Positions 54,606 to 64,000 of a DNA stretch of 64,000 nt are shown here, piece by piece; the first letter of the stretch is position 1; every line of letters begins with the position of its first letter. The position numbers and the translations under genes are program-made. The stretch covers positions 19,683 to 83,682 of the forward strand of contig JADFZU010000005.1 of NCBI GenBank assembly GCA_015232365.1, in the 5' to 3' direction. This DNA is from Magnetococcales bacterium. Its GTDB lineage: Bacteria > Pseudomonadota > Magnetococcia > Magnetococcales > JADFYX01. Below the pieces are notes generated by a model that was given only the letters and a program-made list of their open reading frames with translations, was not told the DNA's origin and made no database searches.

Positions 54606-57600
54606 CTAGAAGAGAACCCGCTCTATACCGTTCCTGTTAACTCGTTCTGTAAATTTTTGCCGCCAGGACTCACCTTGTAGTTTTTTAACCAGTTCAACAG
54701 CTAAAAATTCTGATTTTATTGGTAGTTCGTCACGGTATCTACCAAGACCTTGATAACAAGACGGGCAGGTAGTTAGTATCTTGGTTTTGGTTTGTTGACT
54801 AGCTATACCTGGAGATATCTCATCGACTCCATCTTTAATTACAACAGACTTTTTATACCTGACCTGAGCAGAGATATCCGGTCTGGCTACGGCAAAAGTA
54901 CCAGCTTCACCACAACAGCGGTCTGACAATAGAGCCTCTCCACCCATTAGTTTCGATGCTACGGATGTAGCAGATGTAGTTTTGGTTGGTGTGTGGCAAG
55001 GGTCGTGAAACAGAAACTGTTCACCAGTAGCAGCAGCGGTCTCCATACCACGCTCAACCAGATATTCATGGATATCCAGAATGCGACAGCCAGGAAAAAT
55101 TTTATCAAATTGATAGCTTTCCAGTTGGGAAAGACATGTACCACAGGATACTAAAACAGTCTTTATATCTAAATAATTCAATGCATTAGCAACCCGGTGC
55201 AACAAAACACGGTTGGTAGTGCTAATTTTTCGGCTTGTCGCTTCGTCTCCAGATGATGCTTGGGGAAAACCACAACATAAATAGCCTGGTGGTAAAACTG
55301 TCTGCACTCCTTCACTGAAGAGTAGAGCCATTACCGCCATGGAAATATCACTAAAAAGCCGTTCACAACCACAGCCGGGAAAATAGAAAACCGATTCACT
55401 TTTCGGGGTTAACTTTTTCAAATCACGAATAATAGGAATGGTTTCTGCCTCTTCAATATTCAAGGCCGACCTGGTGGTGGCTGCGTGAATATATTCAGGC
55501 AGTGGTCTTGACAGCAGAGGGAATACCCGGTTTTTGAGGGTTGGTTTCCCCCCTGTTCCTTGAGGTCGTTTTTGGTGGTTTACCATCCCTAGTTTATTTA
55601 GAGCCTGATAACCAAGAAGCTGGGCTGCATATCCGCCGACAATAAAGCTTTTATGAGCCATAAGAATAATCCGGGGATCGGTCATTGTCAGGTAAGAGAG
55701 GGCCACTTTACTGCCGATAGAGCCTCTTTTTTTGTTGTTTTGTTTTAAAATCTCTCGCATGCGAATGGTGATTTTGCCAAAATCAATATTAACAGGGCAG
55801 GGAACAACACAACGATGGCAAATTGTACAGTGGTCTGCTAAATCTCCCATTTCATCAAAATGGTGCAGAGAGACCCCGCGCCTGGTCTGCTCTTCATAAA
55901 GAAAAGCCTCAATCATCAATCCGGTAGCCAAAATTTTATTACGTGGCGAGTAGAGTAAATTGGCACTGGGAACATGTGTAGAGCAGACCGCCTGACATTT
56001 GCCACAGCGCAGACAGTTGCTAAAAGCATCGTTGAGAGAGCCTAAATCACTCTCTTGCAATATCAACGCCTCCTGCTGAACCAAACGCAGAGAAGGGGTG
56101 TAGGCATTTTCCAGGCTAGACCCTGGCATAAGCTTACCGCGATTAAAATGGCCTTTGGGATCGACTGTTTTTTTATAGGCAACAAAATCATCAATAGTTT
56201 TTTGGTTAAGATAGGCAAATTTTGTTAAACCGATACCGTGTTCTCCAGAGACCTGACCACCTAGTTCGATAGTCAACTCCATAATTTGGTCAACCATTCG
56301 CTCTGCCTCTTGCAGCATGGCGTAGTCATTAGAGTTTACTGGAATATTGGTGTGAACATTGCCGTCACCGGCATGCATGTGTAGAGCAATAAACAGCCGG
56401 TTGGCTCTAAGACGGCCATGTATGGCATCAAACTCTCCACAGACCCCGCCCCAAAGATCTCCAGAGAAGATATGTTTAATCGGTTGTTCAATCTCCTCCC
56501 GGTAAGATATACGAAGTTCACGGCGGAGAATTAGAGCTAGAAGCAACTCATCAGGTCGGCCCAATTTCCGCTCATTATCTGTGAGATGAATCGCCGGGTC
56601 GTTTATGGGGTTGTCCAGTGAAGAGAGTATGGACTTCCAGCGTTTCTGTACCTTCTCCAAAAGGCCGTTAGCCACCTGTCGTTTAACAAAAACAATGGCC
56701 TCTCCCTCCTGACTGGATGGATAACCCTGGACAAAAAAATCAGAGAAGCTATTACTTTCAATAAAATTAGATACTTCCTTAGCCATCTCCAGCTTGTTTT
56801 TAATCGACTGCTCTATATTTATCCGTTCAATACCAGCAGAATATTCTGCTAGTTTTTCCAGTGGGATGACAATATCTTCATTGATTTTAAAAGCGTTAGT
56901 GTGTGCGGCAATAGCTGCGGTTCGGGAACGGTCGGCCCAGAAACGTTTGCGACCCTCTGGAGTTACAGCAATAAAACCCTCTCCAGCCCTTATGGCAGCT
57001 AGTTTTACCACCTCTGCTGCAGCTTGGGCTACCACATCTTTATCATCACCAACTATATCAGCAAGTAGAACCATTTTTGGCCGTTCGCCACGGGGAGCTT
57101 TGGTATTGTAGCCAATGGCTTTTACATAACGCTCATCGAGGTGCTCAAGCCCGGCACAACCAGCCAGCTTATGGTTGTCTAAGTAGTTTTTAATCTCAAC
57201 GATAGCTCCAACGGCCTGGGCTAGATCTGGCCCAAAAAACTCTAAACATACTGTATGTGTGGTTTTTGGCTCAATATGAAGTAGAAAACGGGCACTTGTA
57301 ATCAGACCGTCACACCCCTCTTTTTGTACCCCAGGCAGACCACCGAGAAATTTGTTGGTAACATCTTTGCCAAGCCCAGGTTTTCTAATCTCTGCTGAGG
57401 GTATGGAGAGTTGCTCTATATCACCTTTTTGGCTGACTCCATCGGCATAGTAACGGGTTATCTGAAAAGCCGCCTCCGGTTGATCATGAATTTTACCAAG
57501 GTTGTGGTTTAACCTGGTAACTTCCAGCCATTCGCCGTCTGGAGTAACCATTCGCCACGAAATTAAATTATCAAGGGTGGTTCCCCACAATACCGCCTTT

Positions 57601-58454
57601 TTTCCACCGGCATTCATGGCAACATTTCCACCAATGGTGCAGGCATTTTTTGAAGTTGGATCAACAGCAAAGACAAACCCAGCTTTTTTGGCTGCTTCGG
57701 CAACCTGGCTTGTAATAGCTCCAGCTTCCGTATCAATCACTGTAACTGGATCAGCAACACCAGGTATAGTCATCTTTTTTACCAGACCAACCCTATCCAG
57801 ACGCTCCATATTGATGATGGCTGTATCGGCATAAATAGGTACTCCAGAGCCGGTATAACCTGTTCCGCCGCCACGAGGAATAATGGTCAGTCCCAACCTG
57901 ATACAGGCTGAAACCAGAAGTGCTACCTCTCTCTCGCTATCTGGAGTTAAAACTACAAACGGATACTCAATACGCCAGTCAGTTGCATCGGTGACATGGG
58001 CAACCCGGCCACGGCCGGAAAAATCAATGTTATCTTTAGCTGTAACCAAGATAAGAGCCTGGATGATTCTATCCCTCAGAGCAGTAGTTTCAGGAAAACT
58101 ATCAGCAAAATTTTTCACCGCTGTTGTGACTGAATCAACAAGTTGCAAAACGTTGGCATTACCGTCAGCTCTGGCAATAATACGATCAATCCGCTGCTGC
58201 ATCATCTCCAGTAATGAGTTGAGGTGATCACTATTTTCCAGCAGATCTTCTTGCAGGTATGGGTTACGGGAGATCATCCATATATCACCAAGAATTTCCA
58301 GCAGCATCTTGGCCGACTGGCCTGTTTTTCGGCTTACCCTGAGCCCATCCAGGATTGTCCACATATCTGAGCCAAGAAGACGAATAACAATTTCTCGATC
58401 AGAAAATGAGGTGTAATTATATGGAATTTCGCGTATGCGTTGTTTAGTATTCAT
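54606..58454 (-). CDS. Large DUF3683 / FAD-linked oxidase / 4Fe-4S / CCG-domain oxidoreductase
   Basis: N-terminal REIPYNYTSFSDREIV (DUF3683). GlcD-like FAD-binding IIPRGGGTGYTGSGVP. Ferredoxin clusters CLRCGKCQAVC and CTICHRCVVPCP. Two C-terminal Cys-rich CCG modules (FPGCGCE, HDPCH). Confidence 0.85.
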   Translation of the reverse strand: MNTKQRIREIPYNYTSFSDREIVIRLLGSDMWTILDGLRVSRKTGQSAKMLLEILGDIWMISRNPYLQEDLLENSDHLNSLLEMMQQRIDRIIARADGNANVLQLVDSVTTAVKNFADSFPETTALRDRIIQALILVTAKDNIDFSGRGRVAHVTDATDWRIEYPFVVLTPDSEREVALLVSACIRLGLTIIPRGGGTGYTGSGVPIYADTAIINMERLDRVGLVKKMTIPGVADPVTVIDTEAGAITSQVAEAAKKAGFVFAVDPTSKNACTIGGNVAMNAGGKKAVLWGTTLDNLISWRMVTPDGEWLEVTRLNHNLGKIHDQPEAAFQITRYYADGVSQKGDIEQLSIPSAEIRKPGLGKDVTNKFLGGLPGVQKEGCDGLITSARFLLHIEPKTTHTVCLEFFGPDLAQAVGAIVEIKNYLDNHKLAGCAGLEHLDERYVKAIGYNTKAPRGERPKMVLLADIVGDDKDVVAQAAAEVVKLAAIRAGEGFIAVTPEGRKRFWADRSRTAAIAAHTNAFKINEDIVIPLEKLAEYSAGIERINIEQSIKNKLEMAKEVSNFIESNSFSDFFVQGYPSSQEGEAIVFVKRQVANGLLEKVQKRWKSILSSLDNPINDPAIHLTDNERKLGRPDELLLALILRRELRISYREEIEQPIKHIFSGDLWGGVCGEFDAIHGRLRANRLFIALHMHAGDGNVHTNIPVNSNDYAMLQEAERMVDQIMELTIELGGQVSGEHGIGLTKFAYLNQKTIDDFVAYKKTVDPKGHFNRGKLMPGSSLENAYTPSLRLVQQEALILQESDLGSLNDAFSNCLRCGKCQAVCSTHVPSANLLYSPRNKILATGLMIEAFLYEEQTRRGVSLHHFDEMGDLADHCTICHRCVVPCPVNIDFGKITIRMREILKQNNKKRGSIGSKVALSYLTMTDPRIILMAHKSFIVGGYAAQLLGYQALNKLGMVNHQKRPQGTGGKPTLKNRVFPLLSRPLPEYIHAATTRSALNIEEAETIPIIRDLKKLTPKSESVFYFPGCGCERLFSDISMAVMALLFSEGVQTVLPPGYLCCGFPQASSGDEATSRKISTTNRVLLHRVANALNYLDIKTVLVSCGTCLSQLESYQFDKIFPGCRILDIHEYLVERGMETAAATGEQFLFHDPCHTPTKTTSATSVASKLMGGEALLSDRCCGEAGTFAVARPDISAQVRYKKSVVIKDGVDEISPGIASQQTKTKILTTCPSCYQGLGRYRDELPIKSEFLAVELVKKLQGESWRQKFTERVNRNGIERVLF

Positions 58455-58476
58455 TTAAGTTAGGCTGTGGTAATTG

Positions 58477-58848
58477 TTAGTTAGCCTGTTCACCCTGCTT
58501 GGCAACCTCTTTTTTTATCTCTTCCATATCCAATTCGCTAGCTTTGGTTACAATCTCTACAAACGGCTCTTCTGGTAGCATACCAGGCTGGGAGAAAATG
58601 ATTATTTTTTCTCTGAAAATCATTAATGTTGGTATAGATCTAATCTGAAAAGAGCCAGCTAACTCCTGCTGTTGGTCGGTCTCAACCTTGGCAAAAACTA
58701 TGTCAGGAAATTGCTCAGATACCTTCTCAAAAATTGGTGCAAAGGTTTTGCAAGGCCCACACCATGATGCCCAAAAGTCGACGATAACCATGTCGTTATC
58801 CGAGACTATTTGTTGAAAATTTTCTTTAGTAAGATCGATTGTTGCCAT
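58477..58848 (-). CDS. trxA: Thioredoxin
   Basis: WASWCGPCK active site. 123 aa. Confidence 0.88.
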   Translation of the reverse strand: MATIDLTKENFQQIVSDNDMVIVDFWASWCGPCKTFAPIFEKVSEQFPDIVFAKVETDQQQELAGSFQIRSIPTLMIFREKIIIFSQPGMLPEEPFVEIVTKASELDMEEIKKEVAKQGEQAN

Positions 58849-58902
58849 TATTAAACTCCGCTTATATATAGGCTGAATATATTTCCAGCCTCTGAATTTT
58901 AA

Positions 58903-60096
58903 TTATTTGCTGGGTAAAAAATCAATTATTACATCAGCAGGAGTCTTGGTAGGGTGGGATAGTTTTTCCCTAATCTCCTGGTAGCCATCCTGAATATTCG
59001 CAATAACCTTTGTACTGTTTAACAGTTGATCCAAATCCTCTGCCAACTGGGTTGGGTTGGCTTCAGCTTGAATACGTTCATGGACCAATTTACGCCCAGC
59101 TACCAGGTTTGCCAAAGCGATAAAAGGGACTTTAATCACTCTTTTACCAATCTCATATGTTAGCTGATTTACCTGATATAGCACCACCATTGGAGTACCA
59201 AGCAGAGCGGTTTCCAGAGTTGCTGTACCAGATGCGACTATAGCTGCATCTGCTGCCATTAGCAGGTTGTAGGTCTCACCCTGACGGATCAACGTGCTTT
59301 TCCGTAACTCCTCTGCTCCAGCAACCTCAGACTCTGCAGGCCATAAAGAGTTCAATGTCTCATCAGATATTGTTTCAGCCTGAGCTAAAACATACCGGAC
59401 TCTATTGCCTTTTCCTATAACTTTGCTCTGTGTTGCCAGCATGATAGCCAGCAGCCTTTTAACTTCACTATGCCTGCTTCCCGGAAGCAGAACCACCATT
59501 TTTTCTTCATCTCTAATGGCTAATGAGTTGCGAACATCCCTAGATCCAACTCCAGTTTGTCTGCCTTTAATCCAAGGTGCAAGTTTTTCTACCAGTGGAT
59601 GGCCGACAAAAGTGACCGGCATCTTGGTGTGGGCATATATTTCAGCCTCAAAAGGGAACAAAACCAAGAGATGGTCAACCAGGCGGGCAATCTTGTCGAC
59701 TCTTCCCGAACGCCAAGCCCAAACCTGGGGGCTGACGTAGTGAATAATAGGTATACCAAGGGCTTTTGCCTGCCTAGCCAGTAAAAAATTAAAATCTGGC
59801 AGATCGATTGTCACCAATAAATTTGGCTTTTTCTCTCTGAGGAGGCCGGTTAAATAACGAAATACCCTAATTAATCCTGGTAGCCGCTTGATAACCTCTA
59901 CTATACCAATTACTGAAAGATCGTTTACATCATAAGGGCCAGTAACTCCCTGTTCTTGCATTTTCGGGCCACCAACGCCATAGATCTCTAAATCTTTACT
60001 CCGGTCTTTTAAGTGGCTTATTAAATCTCCACCGAGCAGATCCCCAGAGGCCTCGCCAGCAACCATTACAATTTTTAGCGGGTTGCTGTTGTTCAT
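58903..60096 (-). CDS. lpxB: Lipid-A-disaccharide synthase LpxB
   Basis: GEASGD N-terminal motif, IHYVSPQVWAWR, LPGSR..E, SGTATLE. Confidence 0.92.
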   Translation of the reverse strand: MNNSNPLKIVMVAGEASGDLLGGDLISHLKDRSKDLEIYGVGGPKMQEQGVTGPYDVNDLSVIGIVEVIKRLPGLIRVFRYLTGLLREKKPNLLVTIDLPDFNFLLARQAKALGIPIIHYVSPQVWAWRSGRVDKIARLVDHLLVLFPFEAEIYAHTKMPVTFVGHPLVEKLAPWIKGRQTGVGSRDVRNSLAIRDEEKMVVLLPGSRHSEVKRLLAIMLATQSKVIGKGNRVRYVLAQAETISDETLNSLWPAESEVAGAEELRKSTLIRQGETYNLLMAADAAIVASGTATLETALLGTPMVVLYQVNQLTYEIGKRVIKVPFIALANLVAGRKLVHERIQAEANPTQLAEDLDQLLNSTKVIANIQDGYQEIREKLSHPTKTPADVIIDFLPSK

Positions 60097-60324
60097 AACA
60101 GGAGACCGTTAAACCTAAATTCGTAAGTAGGATTAGCATTAATGGAGCAACATTTTGCTTTATCTGGTGAAAAAGAAAAAATCGGACTCACCTTTTTTGA
60201 GAAGATGTTTTTTTTTAATTTGCCAGTTGAATCAATGGTTTGTGCCATTGAAATGCGAACTACTTCAGAATCTATATTTAACCTAGGTTGCGTCAGGTAC
60301 GTGGTTGCAACTGGCTCATCCAGG

Positions 60325-61326
60325 TTAAGAGGCAGGAAAAGCACCAGCTATTGACTCCCGGATTTTAGCAACAACCGCCAGAGCTTTGCGGCCATCTCTA
60401 CCGCTGACCAATGGAGGTGTGCCATTACGCACAGCGTTGCAAAATGAGCGGACTTCAGCCTCCAAGGTGTCATATTTTTCAATTGGAAGTGTGGTCTGCT
60501 TTATAGCTGGAACCTCTGTACCGTCCAGCACCATTGTCCCCTGATCTCGTTGCATGATTATGATATCGCTATCAATAAAATCTAGGGATATAAAACTGTC
60601 ATCCTGAAAAATACGGATGCGTCTGGTAGAGTCTCTTGCCACTCGTGAGGCCGTGACATTAGCCACGCAGCCATTTTGAAACTTAAGCCTGGCATTGGCG
60701 ATATCAGTATGTTCAGTCACCACACGACTGCCTATTGCATCAATATCAACCAGTTCAGAATCGACAAAATTTAGGATTAGATCAATATCATGAATCATAA
60801 GATCCAATACCACATCCACATCCAGAGAGCGACTTTTAAAAGGGGCAAGACGTTGGGATTCAATAAACTTTGGCCGTTTTAAAACCCCGCTGTTCTTCAA
60901 GGCAGTTACAGCAGGGTGAAATCTTTTTAGATGTCCTACCTGTAGAACAAGGTTTTTTCTATCTGCCAGCTCGTTCAACTCATCAGCATCAGCAATAGAG
61001 ACGGTTATCGGTTTTTCAACCAATACATGAACTCCAGCATTCAGGCAGGCTTCGGTAATTCTAAAGTGGGAGGGGGTTGAGGTAGCTACAGTGACCAGAT
61101 CAACTGATTGCAACAGGTCATTATAATCAGTGTAAGCTTTAACTCCCAACTCTTTACTTACAGCTTGAACGCACTCCTTGCTAGAGTCAGCAACACCAAC
61201 CAGTTCAACTCCTGGTATGGCGATATATTTCATGGCATGAAAACGGCCAAGATAGCCTGTACCTATAACAGCAGCTCGCAAAGGAGTGCCACTACTATCT
61301 GTTAAAAATTCAGAGGGAAAAGTCAT
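60325..61326 (-). CDS. Gfo/Idh/MocA family NAD-dependent oxidoreductase embedded in the lpx cluster (GnnA-like candidate)
   Basis: N-terminal Rossmann AAVIGTGYLGRFH, EKP motif (VLVEKP) and a C-terminal alpha/beta domain. Located between lpxI and lpxB. Confidence 0.8.
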   Translation of the reverse strand: MTFPSEFLTDSSGTPLRAAVIGTGYLGRFHAMKYIAIPGVELVGVADSSKECVQAVSKELGVKAYTDYNDLLQSVDLVTVATSTPSHFRITEACLNAGVHVLVEKPITVSIADADELNELADRKNLVLQVGHLKRFHPAVTALKNSGVLKRPKFIESQRLAPFKSRSLDVDVVLDLMIHDIDLILNFVDSELVDIDAIGSRVVTEHTDIANARLKFQNGCVANVTASRVARDSTRRIRIFQDDSFISLDFIDSDIIIMQRDQGTMVLDGTEVPAIKQTTLPIEKYDTLEAEVRSFCNAVRNGTPPLVSGRDGRKALAVVAKIRESIAGAFPAS

Positions 61327-62279
61327 TAATCAATTTCTACCTTCTGTATGGCCTGCTCAGTACATCCGAGAAGGATTATGTTATATTTATCGGCAAGGCG
61401 GACAGTAGTTTCAGGCTCTAAAATCATTGTTGCATTAGCCTCAATAGCTACTACTCGAATACCGGCTTTATGTACGTTTTCAATTGTTTCTGGGCCAATA
61501 GTTGGCAAATCCAAACGGTGGTCTTGCTGTGGCTTGGCTGTTTTAATCAATATCGCTGAATCTTTCTGCGTCCAACTTTTTGCTGAACCAGATATCAGAG
61601 CTCCAGTTCGTTTGAGCATGGCATCTGTTCCTTCCATGGCCTCAACCGAAACCACCACACCCTTTTTTACCACCACCCCCTGGCCTATATCAAGTCGGCC
61701 TAGCTCTTTAGCAGCGTGCCAGCCAAAACGAATATCCTTCCACTGATTCTGGTCCGGCCCTTTTTTGGTTAAAGCTCCCGGAGGAGTCAATAAATCAGGA
61801 ACAAAATCTGTTATGGAGCCTAAGGTAAATCCATGCTGTTCCAGCTTCTTGGCAACGGCTCTTAGAAGTTGATCATCATGGAGACTTTTAAGACTTATTG
61901 CTATGGATAGAGCCATGGAATCAGGGCGGATTTTCCAGACGTTGGTCTTGGTTATTCCACCAGCCATAACAATCCACTCAACACGGTTTTGCAGCATAAA
62001 GTGGATGATTTTTTTAAACTGCCCAAGTTTGACCCATTTAACAGCTGTCGCAATCTGCTCTATTGCCGGGTCAGCTTCACCCTCATGAGCGGCAACAAAC
62101 AGGGGATAATCTTCTCTGCTCTTACCATGGTTTGCTGTAGACCTGTCAAACAGAGCCTGAGCAAAAACCAAAGGAAGCTGCCCACTGCCAGCAATCAAAC
62201 CGATTCGCGTTCCAGGAGGTGGTAATGTACCTGACTTATCAATACTAGCTGAGGCTACGTGACCGGTTTTATGCTGCAT
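61326..62279 (-). CDS. lpxI: UDP-2,3-diacylglucosamine diphosphatase LpxI (DUF1009)
   Basis: IGLIAGSGQLP start and DIGQGVVV..G.VV.VEAMEGTDAML and D.PTIGPETI blocks. Located between lpxA and lpxB. Confidence 0.8.
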   Translation of the reverse strand: MQHKTGHVASASIDKSGTLPPPGTRIGLIAGSGQLPLVFAQALFDRSTANHGKSREDYPLFVAAHEGEADPAIEQIATAVKWVKLGQFKKIIHFMLQNRVEWIVMAGGITKTNVWKIRPDSMALSIAISLKSLHDDQLLRAVAKKLEQHGFTLGSITDFVPDLLTPPGALTKKGPDQNQWKDIRFGWHAAKELGRLDIGQGVVVKKGVVVSVEAMEGTDAMLKRTGALISGSAKSWTQKDSAILIKTAKPQQDHRLDLPTIGPETIENVHKAGIRVVAIEANATMILEPETTVRLADKYNIILLGCTEQAIQKVEID

Positions 62280-62303
62280 ATCAGTATGTTGTCCAACATA
62301 AAT

Positions 62304-63125
62304 TTAACGACAAATTCCTCTCTGACCACTCTGCAGGAACTCCAGAACACACTGTACCTCAGCTACAGATGGGAACTGGCTTTCAATCTCTCCAACAGCC
62401 TGTTCTAGTCTAAGTCCTGCTCTAAATATCAATCTATGGGCCTTGCGAATTGCCTTTATGACCTCTTCAGAATAACCACTACGCCTGAGACCAACAACAT
62501 TAACACCGGTGATCTTTGCCCGGTTTCCTGCTGCAGAAGCAAAAGGGACCACATCCATGGATATGGCAGATGCTCCGCCAATAAACGTATTTCTTCCTAC
62601 TCTGGCAAATTGATGAATGGCAGTCAAACCACCAATAATGGCCTGCTCTTGAATCTCTACATGGCCAGCCAGGGTGACACCATTTGCCATCACAACTTTG
62701 TCGTCAACCCGGCAATCATGGGCAACGTGGGAGTAGGCCATAAGCATACAGCCGTTACCAACTCTAGTTAAACCACCACCTTTTTTTGTTCCTCTGTGGA
62801 TACTGACAAACTCTCTAATTTGGCAATCAGTGCCAATCTCTACTCTTGTTTGCTCGCCTTTGTAGCCGATATCTTGCGGCTCTAGACCGATAGATGCAAA
62901 GTTGAAAACTCTGCTATTGTTACCGATTACTGTCTTACCATCAATAACAGCATGGGGGCCGATCTCAACACCATCCATTAACTCTACATCTGGCCCTATA
63001 ACAGCGTAAGCCCCTATGCGAACATTTTCACCAACTTTAGCACTGGATGCCACAACGGCAGTTTTGTGGATAAGCGGTTCTTTAACAACAGAGCCGTCTC
63101 TATTTTCGGGAAGGTTTTTTTTCAC
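62304..63125 (-). CDS. lpxA: UDP-N-acetylglucosamine acyltransferase LpxA
   Basis: Left-handed beta-helix hexapeptide repeats, IHKTAVV start region, MAYSHVAHDC..G and a C-terminal helical domain. The start may be downstream of the listed Met. Confidence 0.93.
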   Translation of the reverse strand: MKKNLPENRDGSVVKEPLIHKTAVVASSAKVGENVRIGAYAVIGPDVELMDGVEIGPHAVIDGKTVIGNNSRVFNFASIGLEPQDIGYKGEQTRVEIGTDCQIREFVSIHRGTKKGGGLTRVGNGCMLMAYSHVAHDCRVDDKVVMANGVTLAGHVEIQEQAIIGGLTAIHQFARVGRNTFIGGASAISMDVVPFASAAGNRAKITGVNVVGLRRSGYSEEVIKAIRKAHRLIFRAGLRLEQAVGEIESQFPSVAEVQCVLEFLQSGQRGICR

Positions 63126-63572
63126 CTATTTTGTATCCCTAGTCATTGCCATCAATTCAGCCTCAGCCACAATACTATCACCTACATAGGCCCGTCCATC
63201 AAATTTCCATATATCTCTACGTCGCTTAATCAGTGCAATCTCCAGGCGGAGCTGGTCTCCTGGTATGACCGGTTTGCGAAAACGGGCTTTATCAATGGTC
63301 ATGAAGTAGATTAGGCGGTCTTTCATTGAAATTGGGTCGGTATGTGCAGCAAATAGTGCCCCTGCCTGGGCTAACGCTTCAAGAATCAAGACTCCTGGCA
63401 TTACAGGGTTATCAGGAAAGTGGCCCTGAAAGTGAGGTTCGTTGAAGGTCACATTTTTAATTGCAGTTATCGCTTCGCCTGGAACCACATTAACAATGCG
63501 ATCAATCATTAAAAATGGATAGCGGTGGGGTAGAAATTTCAGTATAACTTCTGGATTGTTAATAAAGTCCAT
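63126..63572 (-). CDS. fabZ: 3-hydroxyacyl-ACP dehydratase FabZ
   Basis: LPHRYPFLMIDR, FFQGHFP..PVMPGVLILEALAQ. Confidence 0.95.
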   Translation of the reverse strand: MDFINNPEVILKFLPHRYPFLMIDRIVNVVPGEAITAIKNVTFNEPHFQGHFPDNPVMPGVLILEALAQAGALFAAHTDPISMKDRLIYFMTIDKARFRKPVIPGDQLRLEIALIKRRRDIWKFDGRAYVGDSIVAEAELMAMTRDTK

Positions 63573-64000
63573 TATTTAAACCAGTCATTTGTTTTTTTAT
63601 CTAGTTGAATAAGCACCTGCTCGGTAATCTCAATGTCAGGAGCGGTAAAAATTGTTTGACCTCTGCTGAATATAGCAGTGTATTTTTTCTCTCTGCCTAT
63701 CTCTTCAATAACCTCTCGCAGTGCCTCAGTAAGTTTTTTTGTCCAGAGGCGGTTTTTTCGGTCAACAGCAGCTTGGTTGTCCTCAATGAGGCGTTGAAAC
63801 TCTCTGAACTTCCGACGAATTTTGTTTGCTAACTCATTACGGGCTTCATGAGTCATAACATTTTTGCGCTCTTCAAGATCTTTTTTCATCTTGGTTATGT
63901 CGGCTTTCATAGAAGTAACTTCCTTCTGCTTGATAGCCAAAGTTTTCTTCAATAGCTCTGTCGCCTGTTTTGAGGCCTTTGATGAGGCCATAACTCTTGG
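63572..64000 (-). CDS. skp: OmpH/Skp periplasmic chaperone (N-terminus outside the window)
   Basis: Coiled-coil K/E/Q-rich body typical of Skp. The listed Met lacks a signal peptide and the frame stays open to the window edge. Located upstream of fabZ. Confidence 0.75.
   Translation of the reverse strand, partial: PRVMASSKASKQATELLKKTLAIKQKEVTSMKADITKMKKDLEERKNVMTHEARNELANKIRRKFREFQRLIEDNQAAVDRKNRLWTKKLTEALREVIEEIGREKKYTAIFSRGQTIFTAPDIEITEQVLIQLDKKTNDWFK

Noticed and set aside
60093-60354. ORFs 60093-60344 (minus) and 60142-60354 (plus) in the gap between the Gfo/Idh/MocA gene and lpxB
   Set aside because: They overlap both flanking genes and each other, have no motifs and odd composition. 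I checked whether they could be a decayed gnnB aminotransferase, but nothing resembles a PLP enzyme.
1-64000. Search for CRISPR arrays, tRNA/rRNA genes, IS elements, integrases, toxin-antitoxin pairs and known defence systems
   Set aside because: I found no regularly spaced direct repeats, no T-loop-like GGTTCGAATCC motifs in intergenic DNA, and no transposase, integrase or recombinase motifs in any ORF. The only repeats found are the short R1/R2 families and the tolA tandem array.

Overview
Chromosomal window from a Gram-negative, apparently magnetotactic proteobacterium. It opens inside the 3' end of a magnetosome gene cluster at 1-3274: mamK, a mamL-like small membrane gene, a MamM-type CDF transporter and a LemA-family mamQ. 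This cluster converges on a yebC-ruvCAB-ybgC-tolQRA block that stops after tolA, with no tolB/pal. Most of the rest is housekeeping: recQ, ppk2, tpiA-secG, ettA-ilvE, amt-glnA (with a sigma-54 promoter) and lolA-yajQ-rimO-rarA-crcB. There are also two nucleotide-sugar genes plus an ExeA-like ATPase fused to a SPOR domain, an AddB/AddA-like nuclease-helicase pair and a LOG-family gene. Further genes are a CCA/PcnB-family enzyme with a degenerate catalytic motif, mtaB, a PilZ protein, pepN, a 1282-aa DUF3683/FAD/Fe-S oxidoreductase, a thioredoxin, and a skp-fabZ-lpxA-lpxI-(Gfo/Idh/MocA)-lpxB lipid A cluster. The least explained parts are two blocks of unrecognisable genes and two families of short dispersed intergenic repeats. 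The first block (17.4-22.4 kb) holds a two-gene operon behind a strong sigma-54 promoter match and a Ser/Thr-kinase::FGE fusion. The second block is at 25.5-29.7 kb. One repeat family has a copy exactly at the magnetosome-cluster/tolA junction. I saw no rRNA, tRNA, CRISPR array, transposase or integrase. All protein calls rest on motif recognition by eye from the supplied translations; no searches were run.
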